This document shows positions 1 to 11,808 of a DNA stretch of 64,000 bases, piece after piece. How positions within the stretch are numbered: the first letter of the stretch is position 1; the number at the start of each line of letters is the position of its first letter. Below the pieces are notes generated by a model that worked only from the letters and a program-made list of their open reading frames with translations, made no database searches and was not told where the DNA came from. The translations under genes were made by a program, and so were the position numbers. This DNA is from Halocafeteria seosinensis (lineage: Eukaryota). The stretch covers positions 124,001-188,000 of the forward strand of contig LVLI01000214.1 of the NCBI GenBank assembly GCA_001687465.1, written 5' to 3'.

Positions 1-40
1 GATACTAGAGAAGAAAGTTCAGTTTTGTACATTAGTTGTG

Positions 41-3000
41 CTATGATAGTCTATGAATCTCTTCGGAGAACGTCTCTTCAAGGAAGTGAGGGTCTGTAAG
101 TGCGTCGACCAAAGCTTCATACTGTTTTCGGTCGGAAAAGTGTTCTAGCTGCTCAAGCTGGAATTGAATGCTTGCGGATTTTTGTGACTCGATCGATTGC
201 AACACATTATCAGCAATATCAGGGCTCTCAAATTCAAGCGATACTTTGTATTCCGACTGACCCATTGGTAGGATTCTTTGCTCCAATTCCGAAGCTCTTC
301 GCCCAACTCGAGAGAACAATTTGTTCGAGGGTTCGTAGAAGTCCCATATGAGAGTAGTCAAACGTAGCGTGCAGCCTTCTCGGGATGGCTTCCGTAGGTA
401 CTGAAAAGGAATGCTATCAATAACCGTGAATTCTTCAATCGAATTCCACTCTGCAAAGTCCAGGGAATATTCCCTCAGAGCAACACCGAAAGAAAAACTG
501 GGTTGTTGACTAGGAACGCAGCATACAAAAAATGTAGCATCAGCGGGAACGACGCTCCCTAAATCAGTTGCTAAGAACGAGGAGTTTTTCGGAGGTAAGA
601 ATAATCTTTCTGGCATATCCCATCTCTGTAGTACCTCGTTTTCACCCACCGAGTCATGGATGACTGAATCAGAGTATTCATGCAAGCCCGCCAGCTTGAG
701 AAGCAAATTCCTGACGAGATACAGACGTTGAATACAAACCCAAAACAAGTGAATCTTGTTAAGAGGGTGGATATTTTGTTGTTCGCCAAATTGAGGAACG
801 GCGTTACTGGCGGCCTGTCTCAAAACTGCTACCGCGGTAATTTCGGCTGCAGCTTCCGAAATTTGAGTGTCCGTCAAGGACAGTTGTGATATAGTGCCCT
901 CATGATCAACTCTTATTGGTTTATACTGACTGTAAGGTGTACACTTATCTAATTCCTCTATCTCGGGAGAAAAGGCAGACGATAGCAGGGAGTTAGTTTC
1001 CTCCTGAATGTGATAGCCATTTGCGCTATATGATGTTGCTTCTCCAGGCACTGTTGGTGAATCTTCCCCATATATTTCTGAGGTTAGCTCTGCGGCTTCA
1101 CTAATAGCTCCTTTAGCGTCGCGATGTGCCTGCTCCGCGGAGTAGGGTGAGCCAACGAACCCGAGAGAACTTCCGTCCACTTTGGCAGCTAAAGGCTCAC
1201 GTGACACGTTAATTGATGCTTGAGCTGAAGGTTCGTTTCTCGTTGAAAACGAAACGGCATCGAAGACGTTAACTATGTTGACGCAGCCTCCAATGCCACT
1301 ATCCTCTGAGAATTCAACAGACCTCTGAATTAGTGCGCATACACTACTGATAGTGTTCCGGAGCTCGCTATTCACTTGTGCTGGGAGAATCGACTGCAGA
1401 TGCAAACTGTTAGCTCCTTGAAGGCACGGCTCCTGAGACCTGTGAGGCGTTCCATTCTGCCGGACACTCCTATCTGTATATGCTAGTTTTTCGCCGATGA
1501 CGTCTACAGCAAGAGGTAAACAAACGTGATACAATATTGAAACATTAAGACGGAGTAAAGTCATTGGTATTAACCCATGGGTATAACGGTCCCACAAAAA
1601 CGCTCGGTCCGTAGCACTTGTAGAAAGACCGCGGCGATCACCGTAACAGAATTGGTGAACAGTCTCTAATTGCGTAGAATCAGCGCAAATGCAATTAACT
1701 AGACGTTTTAAAACGTCGTCACGACTCTTTGCTTCCTCAGTCAGATGATCTGAAAAAATAGAATCATCGTCATTCGGTACGCCTAAATCCGACCGTTCTC
1801 CATGCCCACGGAAACCGTTCCTCTGGAACGAGTTATGCGAAGTGTAGTTATCATGGGACTTCAGTCGTCCACGGCGTTCGTCCTTACTAGCTAGCAAATT
1901 GGAAAACTCAGAAGGTGACGGAAACGAGCGACTCTTTGTACTGTGTGGAGACACCAAGGCTCCCACTAACCAGTCGGCCTCCGTAGGGAGCTGATGGCCC
2001 AGCCCGGCTTTGCATAGTGTGTGATATGACAAGAAACCGGTATGATCGCAGCCAGCAGTTTGTTCTGTTAACATTGCGGAAATCTCAGGGAAGTGGCGCA
2101 TCATCCGAGAGGACGTATGTAGTAAAGTTGGAATCGTCTTCGATGCGTGGCTTACAGTCCACAATACCTTTACTACACACTCTCTAAGCCTCTGGTCAAT
2201 TCCGTCCAGGGAGCTAATAATCGTAGCTTCATCGTCAGCACATAGCTGCACAACGTTGACACCTGACCAAACCTCACTTCCAAGGAGTATTTCAAAAGCT
2301 TGTCGATGCTTTCGCGGTAGCACCTCCTCCAGCTCAAAACGAGGCGCATTGAACAAGGTCTGCTCCACAAGCGAATTTCTTATCGCGGAATCCTGAATAA
2401 TTCTAAGCATCTGGTTAATTGTCAGTATGGCAATAGACGGATCTATGTGGTGAAGATGATCAGCAAGGTTATCCGTACCCCCTTGCTCCTCGGCCACCGA
2501 GAATGACTCAAAGAGGATACTAGATGGGTAGACGCACCATGGGATCTTGCTCTGGGAGGCAGGGGTCACATTGCGTAAACACGGATACGCAAAGAGTAGA
2601 TGCATCGGCGAAGCATTGGTGATTGAGGAGGATGAGCCTGTACCTCGATGTTCCTTTCTACCCGATTTGAATACCTCATTTAAAATGTAGGGGTATTCAT
2701 AACCATACGAAGCAAACCGTTCACCACATGGAATATGAGAAACGGGGATTTCATGTGTCGGATAGTGTTCCATGATAGCCTGCATCACGTAAGCTGTCCT
2801 CACAGACTTAAGCAAGACGGGGCGAGCGACATTCTCCAGTATACTCTTTCTCAAACAGTTTTGCACTTCTTCCCAAGCAGTGTTAAACGTATCATCTATA
2901 TAAAATAATAAGTCATTAACATCTTGCCAATCGTCCAATACACGTGTCCACAGCCTAGTCAGAACCCTATTGGTCGTCTTCGGACTGGCAAAAGGCACGC

Positions 3001-4071
3001 AGGACACAGATTTTTCATAAGCCCCTGAGGATGGCGAAAGGCATTCAAACTTAACCTCCCAACCTTGTTTACCAACGCAAAAGATTGCGAGGTGCAATTG
3101 CAGCTGACTAAGAAGCCTCATGAAGTATTTGGCGACATTGTCAAAATGCTCTTTTCTAGAGCCCGTACTAAGAAATCGCTGTAGCGCTTGGCTTCGTACA
3201 CGATAAATGTTTAACGTGATTGTCCTGACTGCAGTCCGCACCATGCTGTCTTTGTGTCCGAAAAACTGAATAGCCGAAGTATAGAGTGGAAAAGATGGAC
3301 ATTGTTGGCTCCTCTGCACTTGGAAAATATGAATGGTCACCACAACACTGTTTTTGTAGCTTGGTTTCGCGGAGGGGACATACCTCGTCAAAGAAGTAAA
3401 CCAATGTAGCTTCGTCAATGCGCAAAGAAACCGTCTTCAAGAAGGATATGTAATAAGCAAGCAATTCCTCGTTAGAAGAATCGATAGGAGCGTTTATAAG
3501 ATTGTTGAGATGGTTGTTGCTGAAAATATAGTCTGCGAGCGAGTCACGCAAACTTTCCATTAGAGCCATATCCGTTCAAATTTGGTGGCATGTTGTAACA
3601 GTCAAAACTTACGAAGAGATTCCGTCGTTCGAACATTTTGAAGCAGAATCATTACTGTTTGCAATATCTGGATTTGGATTCCCTTGTGACGTGTCAAGTA
3701 CATAATCCGATTGAACAGAGTCAAGAAGTCCTTCTGACAAAACAGAGCAAAGAGCTCATCATTTGTGCTCTTATCACCGTAGATAACAATCTCGGAAATC
3801 TCCTTTATACTCTGTACAATGGCTGGTTCGTCCTTATCATTTTGTTTTCGCTGCCGTGTCTGGTTGTCCGATTCCAGCTTGGCCCGAAACTTGTCCAGCT
3901 GAGTGTGGAGCTGTCTGCAGTTACATTCCGCCAAAACGGGGTCATCCATGTTGCATATGTCAATGGATAGGGGTACTACCGCCCTTAATAGGTCTTATTC
4001 AATACGATGTTGAACACATACTCGAGGTTCTTTAGGCTGAACTTTTCTGGTTTCCGAAACAGCGACAGCAT
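41..4071 (-). CDS. CLEC16A: CLEC16A/GOP-1/TT9 family (FPL domain) endosomal trafficking protein, 4 exons
   Basis: The spliced model begins MLSLFRKPEKFSLKNL (ATG 4071), with GT-AG introns at about 4021-3915, 3612-3533 and 3383-~3313. It contains the family motifs ISEIVIYGD, QILQTVMILLQN, YIFSNNHLN, EELLAYYISFLKTVSL, FPLYTSAIQFFGHKDSMVRTAVRTITLNIY and DLLFYIDD. Confidence 0.9.
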
Positions 4072-4360
4072 CTTGTTTCGCCTTCCGCGATCAACTAGCG
4101 ACCGCCATTCTTATTCATCGTCTGTCTATAGCATGTATACGTGCGCGTGTGCCACCAAATCATACAAAATACCGGCTGTGAATAGCATTGAGATAAGTAG
4201 ACGAAATGTTCGTCTCGTTGAAGTTGCAGCCAAGGACCACCTGGTTGCCTTACTGGTATTATACACACATTATCGACTATTGTGATACCACATGGGAAGG
4301 GCCAGTGTCTCGCATGAGACAGTGTAATTGGTCTGTGGGGGGCGCTTACGCGAAAGGGAC

Positions 4361-7300
4361 ATGTTTGCAGCTGCCAAAACTATCCGTGCTGAGGGAGGAG
4401 ATGACGGTGAAGAGGCTGAGGAGGCTGATTCTTCCTTGAGGTCTCATTCCTTCCCTCAGCACAAGAGCGCTTCTCAGAAATCAGTGGAAAGCGAAGAACA
4501 AGAGGAAGCGCAAGATACCGCCGAAGAGCGAGAACATGAGGGAGACAGAGACCACAAACACCGCAGTCATCGCCGTCGTTCGAAGAAGCGTCACAAGTCA
4601 CACCATGAAGAGAGCAGCCACGGGTCACACAGCTCTACGAAGGGCCACAGAAAGCATAGCAGAGAGAAGGGTGATTCTCCTGATGCCAAGAGTATCCTTC
4701 AACAGTGTGTTGCACCGTCTGCCGGGTTGCTGTCGTTCAAACCATCCTCGGAACTCGCACCAACACTTTCGGAACCCAGCTCCGACCAGTACACTACAAG
4801 TGTCGAAGGTGATTCGGAGAATCTACAGTTCCTACATTGCGCTGCGAGCCAAGTGCCGCAGTACGTTCACTTTACCGGGAGAGCTGACTACAAGGAAACG
4901 CTGGGCCAGAAGCAATGTGGCCACTTCCCGACTGAGACCATCATGAGATTAAATACATCCCACAAAGAGCTGAGTCTTGGTAAGGCAAAGTCAGGAGCTT
5001 TTCGAGGACTTGCTCACGATTATTCTCAAATACTTGATCAGAGAAGTTTGGCCAAAGAGGGATCTGTGGTAGATTGTACCACTGAGGTCGCGCGTTACTT
5101 CACAAGCCGAGTGACGGAGAGTGATGTGGTCAGACTAGCGTACACCAAGAAGCGCATAGACCGTTTGAATAGTATGCCGCATCGGTGCGCGTCTAGTGAT
5201 GATAAAGCTCGGTCCTCTGGAAGGAGAGACTCTTCAGCGGCTCTCAAGTCACACATCCAGTCCGAACTTCCGTACAAAGTATACGCTCTAGGTGAAGGGA
5301 TGGGCAGCTTACACAATGAGCTAACTCATGCTCACAACATTATCCCTGTAGAGCCTTCAATTGTGGAGAAAGAAGAAAGCGATGAGAATACGATATACAA
5401 GGACGATTCCTTCTCCCTCGCGGTCAGGGAGAAAGCTTCAAGCACCGGCTCTCTGGACCCTCTCAGAATTCTATCCATCACACCGGAGTCGCGCACGTCT
5501 GAATATCTCATTACACACGTGGAGAGACAACTTAGTGTATTTGATTTTTCCAAGATGTGCGAACGATACACTCCCTTGAGGTACTGGTGGTTATGCTTTC
5601 TGGTAATGTGGAAGCCTCTGCGTCAGGTGGCAGCCCCCGTGGCAGGTTCGGCAAAGACGAACCCATGTAATGTCAGAATCTTACTACAAAACTTTAGCAA
5701 TTCCTTAATGTTCTCCGACCGATTTCCGTTTATGTTCTTGTTCGATATTATTCTGTCAGGTAGAGAATGTCTTCGGTGGTCCAATCCGGATACTTATTTT
5801 TGTGGAATCGGCGGTGGGGCCCGTGGCCCGTTTTTCTTGGCTCAGAACTCTACTGGCAAGTTCAAGTCCCAAAGACAACTTTCCGAGCTATTGACGCAAA
5901 GAATGATGGTATTGGAGGACGAATTTCGGCAAAATTCGATACCGTTGTTTTGGAAGATTACACTGCGGCTATCGCGACTGATGCTTGCCTGCAATGATGA
6001 CGTCTTCGGCAACACATGGTCTCATGATCGTATCCAAGATGAATTCGTGGCCACATTGAGGCAGCTTACTTCCAGCGAAGACGGCAGGGTGGAGAGCTTA
6101 TCTGCAATATACTCCTATGCAGTCCAAGTATTGCATCATGTTATTGAGAATCGAAAAGGGGCCACGATCGTTTCAAATGTTTTAGAGCATGCTCTGGAGA
6201 GGTACAAAATTGTGTATTCTGTATGCTCCCTATCCATAAAAGCACTTGGCTCTGTGACCCTGAGTAGCATAAACCAAGATGTAGGCGATGAGGCTGGCAC
6301 CTTGAAATGCTCTGCCGACCGCCTCGGAGTTCTTATTGGGCGGCAGAAACGCAAGAAAAGATCCCGATTCGAACCTCTGCGAGGAACGACCGAGGATCAA
6401 AAGCAGCAATGGATGAATGCGATAGAAAACGTAAAGTCTGTGGGCTCAGCTTTGCGACAGCAGATTGAAAAACTCATCGCAATTGCCAAAACAAGGCATA
6501 AAGAATTTGGGAGGCGGGTTCATTCCACTCTGCGACGAATGTTATCTAGTATTGCAGAACTCCATCACAGCGGAAACACCGTGAAGTACAATGCTGTACT
6601 GCTATCACTAATAGAGTGGGTAAGCTCAGACGACTGTTTGTCATTTTGCTATTTCAAAGGAGAGAAGTCACTGGAGTCGCTCGTGTTCGGTCACCTCAGC
6701 AATCGCCAGTTCGATTCAACAAAACGACTTCTAGAAGCTTTTTGGGATACTGAACATCCTCGTATAGGAGAGTGCGATATACAAGATGGGAAAATATCCC
6801 AAGGCTTTCAGGATTTTGTATCAAGTCACTTCAGTGCTGCCAAAGAGGATGTCAGCTCGGCACTTGCTCTTTGGCATGAAAGTCTCCAAACAAGCTGGCA
6901 GGCGAAAGCTGTGGAACCCACTTCTGGCAGAACCAAACGGCCAAGAGCGGCAGATTTTTTTGAAGACGAGGGTGAATCGTTCGCTCCTATTGAGACAGAA
7001 CGCACTTACGTCCCGCACAATTGGACCAAGTATCGAAGGCCAAAGTCGTCGAACATTTCCTTCCTTGATACTGAAAAAGAATTAGCTACTGAGCTGCGCA
7101 AGAAAAACGAAACGGCGAAGGAAGACGTGGATATACTCCCCAGCAACCAGGAAAGAGAGCAAGAACCGACCGAGGCGAAGGGAGAGTCGTTCTATCGGAA
7201 GATACTCCACGATATTAGAGGCACGAGTGCAAATTTTGTTAGCGTGCAAGGGATTGCAGATACTCATGGTCAGGAAGAGATCCAAGCTCTGCCACCAGAA

Positions 7301-9859
7301 CAATGGAGTTCCCATAGAGTCAAAAGCTTTGTTACCCACGAAGAAAATGCAAGATGGGTAGATGCTTGCCCTTTGCGAACCTTTGTAGCAGAGAAAACAG
7401 GGACCGAATCTTCCATGGATCAGGTAGTCTTTTTCGAAGACTTCTCTGAATGGATACCTCTCTCGCTTTTTAATTGGGACTTTCTACGATTGCCCCTTAT
7501 AGAAGCGTTGCGCTCTGTGGTGGATGCATTCAAGGAGGTACGGAGGCTCTGGAGCGAGGACAACGGTTCAGATGGCTTGCATTCGGATGTTAGAGTCCTC
7601 CAGCAGAGTATTGAAAGAGAGGAAAACATGGTTTGTTCGAGTATCGTCGAGTTTTTCGATAGACGCAGCGAGTTTTGCGAGGACGTAGTCAATCTGGTGA
7701 TGAACTGGATGTTACGCCCTGTGCATTATTCCAGTAATGCATATAAGAGTGAATCAGTTCTGCGAATCGAATATCTAAACATGGTCAATCCATCTGAAGA
7801 GGAATACATTGGAGACTTAGATTGTTGCTCACATATGTCCCAGATTAGCTGGGCACTTTGGACCTCTCGGCGAAGCACAGCGTCCTTGCTAAGGTTCATG
7901 CGTTTTTATCGATATTCGACGTTTATCATCAATGAGTCGTATGGCGCAAACTCGGTTTGCGCTAAGCATCAACGCTCGCGTAGTTTGGCTGTCTTGTCTT
8001 CTCTTTTCGTTGGGGAGGGCTCTGCGAAGATGACCAGTCTGGACGTTGTCTCAGAGTACTTGGTATCTCACATGGTTTTCGAGAGCGCATCCTCTTACCA
8101 TATCGACGCCGCCATGATAGAAAAGATCGAGAATATTTTCAATTCATTCAGCAACTTCAGCTTGTCTCAGCTGGCTCTGACTCCTCGTCTGGGGCTTCTA
8201 CTACATGAGATATTTCATCATGGCAGTTATATTGAGCAGGCATCTCACGTTACATTTCACAAGATGGCGATTGCGAAGGAAGACCTTCTCGTGTACTACT
8301 GTTTGAACATTGTGAACGCCTTGACAACTTTGGCGCACCGGAGGGTCAAATTGACTGATTTAGCAAACACGAGGAGCAATCTCCCTAAGGTTGACCTAGG
8401 GATGTCGAAAAAAGTGCGACTAGTGCGACGAGAGCTTCTTGTTCCTCATACAGAAATGCTCCAAGGCCAGCAAACCATTCGGAGCTGTTTGATCACAGCA
8501 ACGGCCCGGATAGTGGTTGAGTCGGTTGTCGAGGGGCTACAGCAAAATCGCCAAATTAGATCTTCATGCCCCTCAGACGACTCTTTGCGATGGCTAGATA
8601 TAGGGCACATAATCGTAGCCCGTTTGGATCTCAAAAATCTGAATTCTGGTATCTTCGATGACCTAAGTAGCTTTCGTATCGGCGAGGTTTTCCAATTCTT
8701 GCTTCTGGCCGATGCTACACTGGGTGGCAATGTAGCTGGAACTAACGTGTGCGTGCGCATGATCCCTTACGTAAAGATTCTGCTCTGTTTCGGCATTGCG
8801 GGAAGATTGCATGAGGCTGTTGCGTCTTCCGAGGAAGCTGAACTTAGCATCTCACAAGGGTGGATGATAGAGACAGTGCTCTCTGTGTGCAAGTCGTTAT
8901 GGTGTCTCGATAACCGGTTTGACGCAAACAGCTCAAATGCTCTAGAGACAGATGTGCTGAACCCGAACAGACTGGGACGATTGCTTGAACGTACGATATC
9001 CGAAGCGACAACCACCCTGTCTAAATCGTGTGTTGGATTTCCCCAAAGGTTGATTCGAGCAAATGAAATGAAGCGTATTTTGGAGCCATTTCGACTGCCT
9101 GAGTCGTCTGCTGATGGGTATAGTCGCGCCTTATGCGACGCCTGTAACGGGTTCATTCGGAAAATGTGGGATTTCGTCCCGATACACGGCAGTTCATGGA
9201 ATCAATTTTTCGTCTATAACGCTTGTGTGGGTGGAATTCTACCGTCTGCGGTAACTACTCACCATATCCCGCATAGTAACGTCGGGAACACCAGTGTCAG
9301 GGTGTCAATGATGCGGAAAAATCTGGAATGTTGTTATATTCTGGATGACATTTGTGGACAGACCCCTGTCCCAAATGAAGCAGTATGCAAACTATGTTTC
9401 ATGTTATATTATTCTGTACTCAGTTTAACACAAAGTGAGTCTGCAGATCAGCGAAGAACTCCGGACAGTGAATCGAACCTTTCATACGGAAGTAGTTCTG
9501 CACACTTCTCTACAAAGGCATCTAGAAAGCCACTATGGAATGTAGCCGTTCGCACATTGGAGAATACGTTGGCCTCCTATCATGGCGCGTTTCTTCCCAG
9601 TCTATGGACATGGCTGGTTGAGCTTTACATCATTGGTAGACAGCTACGCCAGGCAAAAAACGCGTACTTGCGGGCAATTCGGACATGTCCATGGTCTAAA
9701 CGGCTATGGACTGAAGCAGCGAGATTGCTGTTCCCCTTTGGGATCTTTGACATCTCCCACTTACGCGATGTAATGGATGCAGCGAGTCACAGAGGGATCC
9801 GACTTCAACATTCAAGCAAGCTATCTGAAGATTCTGAAGACGACGCTGCGGAGATATAG
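4361..9859 (+). CDS. NRDE2: NRDE2-like nuclear RNA-processing/silencing protein (long intronless ORF)
   Basis: ORF of about 1830 aa with first ATG at 4361. It has a K/H/R-rich N-terminus, an internal DQVVFFEDF segment and a C-terminal LWTWLVEL..AKNAYLRAIRTCPWSKRLWTEA..L.DVM...GIRL, which resembles the NRDE-2 C-terminus. The middle is divergent. Confidence 0.72.
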   Translation: MFAAAKTIRAEGGDDGEEAEEADSSLRSHSFPQHKSASQKSVESEEQEEAQDTAEEREHEGDRDHKHRSHRRRSKKRHKSHHEESSHGSHSSTKGHRKHSREKGDSPDAKSILQQCVAPSAGLLSFKPSSELAPTLSEPSSDQYTTSVEGDSENLQFLHCAASQVPQYVHFTGRADYKETLGQKQCGHFPTETIMRLNTSHKELSLGKAKSGAFRGLAHDYSQILDQRSLAKEGSVVDCTTEVARYFTSRVTESDVVRLAYTKKRIDRLNSMPHRCASSDDKARSSGRRDSSAALKSHIQSELPYKVYALGEGMGSLHNELTHAHNIIPVEPSIVEKEESDENTIYKDDSFSLAVREKASSTGSLDPLRILSITPESRTSEYLITHVERQLSVFDFSKMCERYTPLRYWWLCFLVMWKPLRQVAAPVAGSAKTNPCNVRILLQNFSNSLMFSDRFPFMFLFDIILSGRECLRWSNPDTYFCGIGGGARGPFFLAQNSTGKFKSQRQLSELLTQRMMVLEDEFRQNSIPLFWKITLRLSRLMLACNDDVFGNTWSHDRIQDEFVATLRQLTSSEDGRVESLSAIYSYAVQVLHHVIENRKGATIVSNVLEHALERYKIVYSVCSLSIKALGSVTLSSINQDVGDEAGTLKCSADRLGVLIGRQKRKKRSRFEPLRGTTEDQKQQWMNAIENVKSVGSALRQQIEKLIAIAKTRHKEFGRRVHSTLRRMLSSIAELHHSGNTVKYNAVLLSLIEWVSSDDCLSFCYFKGEKSLESLVFGHLSNRQFDSTKRLLEAFWDTEHPRIGECDIQDGKISQGFQDFVSSHFSAAKEDVSSALALWHESLQTSWQAKAVEPTSGRTKRPRAADFFEDEGESFAPIETERTYVPHNWTKYRRPKSSNISFLDTEKELATELRKKNETAKEDVDILPSNQEREQEPTEAKGESFYRKILHDIRGTSANFVSVQGIADTHGQEEIQALPPEQWSSHRVKSFVTHEENARWVDACPLRTFVAEKTGTESSMDQVVFFEDFSEWIPLSLFNWDFLRLPLIEALRSVVDAFKEVRRLWSEDNGSDGLHSDVRVLQQSIEREENMVCSSIVEFFDRRSEFCEDVVNLVMNWMLRPVHYSSNAYKSESVLRIEYLNMVNPSEEEYIGDLDCCSHMSQISWALWTSRRSTASLLRFMRFYRYSTFIINESYGANSVCAKHQRSRSLAVLSSLFVGEGSAKMTSLDVVSEYLVSHMVFESASSYHIDAAMIEKIENIFNSFSNFSLSQLALTPRLGLLLHEIFHHGSYIEQASHVTFHKMAIAKEDLLVYYCLNIVNALTTLAHRRVKLTDLANTRSNLPKVDLGMSKKVRLVRRELLVPHTEMLQGQQTIRSCLITATARIVVESVVEGLQQNRQIRSSCPSDDSLRWLDIGHIIVARLDLKNLNSGIFDDLSSFRIGEVFQFLLLADATLGGNVAGTNVCVRMIPYVKILLCFGIAGRLHEAVASSEEAELSISQGWMIETVLSVCKSLWCLDNRFDANSSNALETDVLNPNRLGRLLERTISEATTTLSKSCVGFPQRLIRANEMKRILEPFRLPESSADGYSRALCDACNGFIRKMWDFVPIHGSSWNQFFVYNACVGGILPSAVTTHHIPHSNVGNTSVRVSMMRKNLECCYILDDICGQTPVPNEAVCKLCFMLYYSVLSLTQSESADQRRTPDSESNLSYGSSSAHFSTKASRKPLWNVAVRTLENTLASYHGAFLPSLWTWLVELYIIGRQLRQAKNAYLRAIRTCPWSKRLWTEAARLLFPFGIFDISHLRDVMDAASHRGIRLQHSSKLSEDSEDDAAEI

Positions 9860-9921
9860 ACTACTAGCGTGTACCAATGTGTATCACTATTTACTGGTGC
9901 CACCGTACTCCATATCAACTT

Positions 9922-11808
9922 TCACCGAGGCGTCGTTGGTGGTCTACCTCTACCTCCTCGACCTCGACCGACGGCCGGTGGAGGGCCTTTTGCTTGCAGA
10001 AAGAAGGTAAAACTCGAACTAGGTGCTACGCCTCCCGGAGTGGTAGCAGAAGGGCTACGGGTCTGAGGTTGAGGAGTTGAAGCTGCTGCTTTTGTCGTAC
10101 CAACAGTCTTACTGGGAGCTGAGTGACCCCTGTCAGGAGCTGCGGGTGGCGGTCTTGATGGGGCTCGAGCCCCTTCAAACCTCTCCATCTGCTGTTGTAG
10201 TCGGCTAGATATTTTTTTCTTTTCTCGGGCCTCTCTTTGCGCCTGAAGCTTCCGTTGCTGCTCGACCAGCGGATTGTCCGAACCGAATTTTTTTCGACGG
10301 CTAGTTCGCGGTGTGGCATGGCCAAAAGCTGCCTTCCAAGTATCAGTGTTTGCAGGAGGCACAGGGGGAGCCAAGTCTTCTTCATTTGACCCCTGGACTT
10401 TATTTCCACCGTCATCCATTCCTTGAGAAGACCGAATCGTATTGGCACCTGAGTTTGGTAGAGCAGCAGGTGGATGGTCATGAGGCGCTCTCTCGCTCAA
10501 AGGTTGGGACCCATTCATGTGAGAGTAATCGCGACCACCACCATCGTCACAATCCTGCAGCGTATTATCTGTAGCCGTCGACATTTCCGAGTCTATTGAA
10601 GACGGATACGTATAATAGGGAGTAGCAGACGGTTCTTCTTCATGAGTCTCAGGTTCCTTGGCCGGAGCTCTCTCGGCGTCAAATGGTCTGTTACCTTGCT
10701 CGCCTGTGTTGTTCCTACTTGCATCATCCGTCACATGCCTCGTTGACCTTGGAGGGGCAGGCGGGATACTACGTTTCGATTGCTGCATCGTATGGTGCTG
10801 ATCAGTCGGCTTGCACTCGTCAGTGGCCGTTGCGGAATGCCCCGGATTCCCAGTGTCTTTTACAGGAGGAGAGACTATACGAGTGGATAGTTGGGATTGC
10901 GAATATCTCTTGGATTTAGTAGGCACGCTATTGCTATGGCGTCTGCTTTTCCCCCGCGACGATGCATTGTCCTCCTCGCGGATGCCACGAGTGCTCTGGA
11001 CTTCCCTAGCCCTAGATATGCCTCCACTCCCTACAGGCTTCTTTCCTGGCCCCCCATGTATAGACGCTCTCCCAGCATAAAATGGAGAGTTACTCAGCTC
11101 TTTTACACGAAGGGAACGATGACTCGTATTAGCACTAGCTGCTGCTTGAACGGGATTCTGCCGCGTTCTATGGTTACCCGTTTGCTCTGTTTTCGGTTTT
11201 TGGCCATAGATACTGTATTTCCTTAACTTTTTTCTGTCCATTGACACTTTCTTCGACAATGATCCCTTATGTTTTTGCCTCCATTCGCTTGTGTTCCTTT
11301 GGGACCTTTCACGACAGTACGTGCAGCCAGCCCATACAAACAGTAGCACCGCGCAAAGCACAACAGCAATGACGTAGCCGGAAACTATATTGTTCTTTTC
11401 ATCGTTGCCGTTGTTGCCGGCGAAATTTCTTAAGTTCCTGTTTACTCTTTTATCAGAGTAATCCAGAGGTGCTGAGTTCGACGCGCGTTGTGCAAGCCCG
11501 GTGTAGGTCTTGAACAACCCTAAAGAGATACTCGCCGCTGGAAGTCCTACGCGGACCAACTTTCGCAACAGTAACGGCAATATTGATGTATGTTTTCTAT
11601 CTGGAAGCTTGTCAGTACTTCCTCCATCGGCGTTTTGACCAGGTTCCTCCTCTCTCGAGTCATCATCGCCCTGCGCGTCACACAAGGAGGAGCCGTTGTC
11701 TGCTGCCGATCCAATGCTCGACGCCATGATATCGCAGTTATGCTGGCGACGTTTCGTGGTTTCATTGGAGCTACTGCTGGTTTCTTCATCCACTATAGAG
11801 GCTATCAT
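9922..11808 (-). CDS. Hypothetical membrane protein with a long disordered, Pro-rich cytoplasmic tail
   Basis: ORF of 628 aa with a hydrophobic helix (IVSGYVIAVVLCAVLLFVWAGC) followed by a basic stretch, several PxxP motifs and a C-terminal GRGRGGRGR. The start codon is uncertain. Confidence 0.65.
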   Translation of the reverse strand: MIASIVDEETSSSSNETTKRRQHNCDIMASSIGSAADNGSSLCDAQGDDDSREEEPGQNADGGSTDKLPDRKHTSILPLLLRKLVRVGLPAASISLGLFKTYTGLAQRASNSAPLDYSDKRVNRNLRNFAGNNGNDEKNNIVSGYVIAVVLCAVLLFVWAGCTYCRERSQRNTSEWRQKHKGSLSKKVSMDRKKLRKYSIYGQKPKTEQTGNHRTRQNPVQAAASANTSHRSLRVKELSNSPFYAGRASIHGGPGKKPVGSGGISRAREVQSTRGIREEDNASSRGKSRRHSNSVPTKSKRYSQSQLSTRIVSPPVKDTGNPGHSATATDECKPTDQHHTMQQSKRSIPPAPPRSTRHVTDDASRNNTGEQGNRPFDAERAPAKEPETHEEEPSATPYYTYPSSIDSEMSTATDNTLQDCDDGGGRDYSHMNGSQPLSERAPHDHPPAALPNSGANTIRSSQGMDDGGNKVQGSNEEDLAPPVPPANTDTWKAAFGHATPRTSRRKKFGSDNPLVEQQRKLQAQREAREKKKISSRLQQQMERFEGARAPSRPPPAAPDRGHSAPSKTVGTTKAAASTPQPQTRSPSATTPGGVAPSSSFTFFLQAKGPPPAVGRGRGGRGRPPTTPR

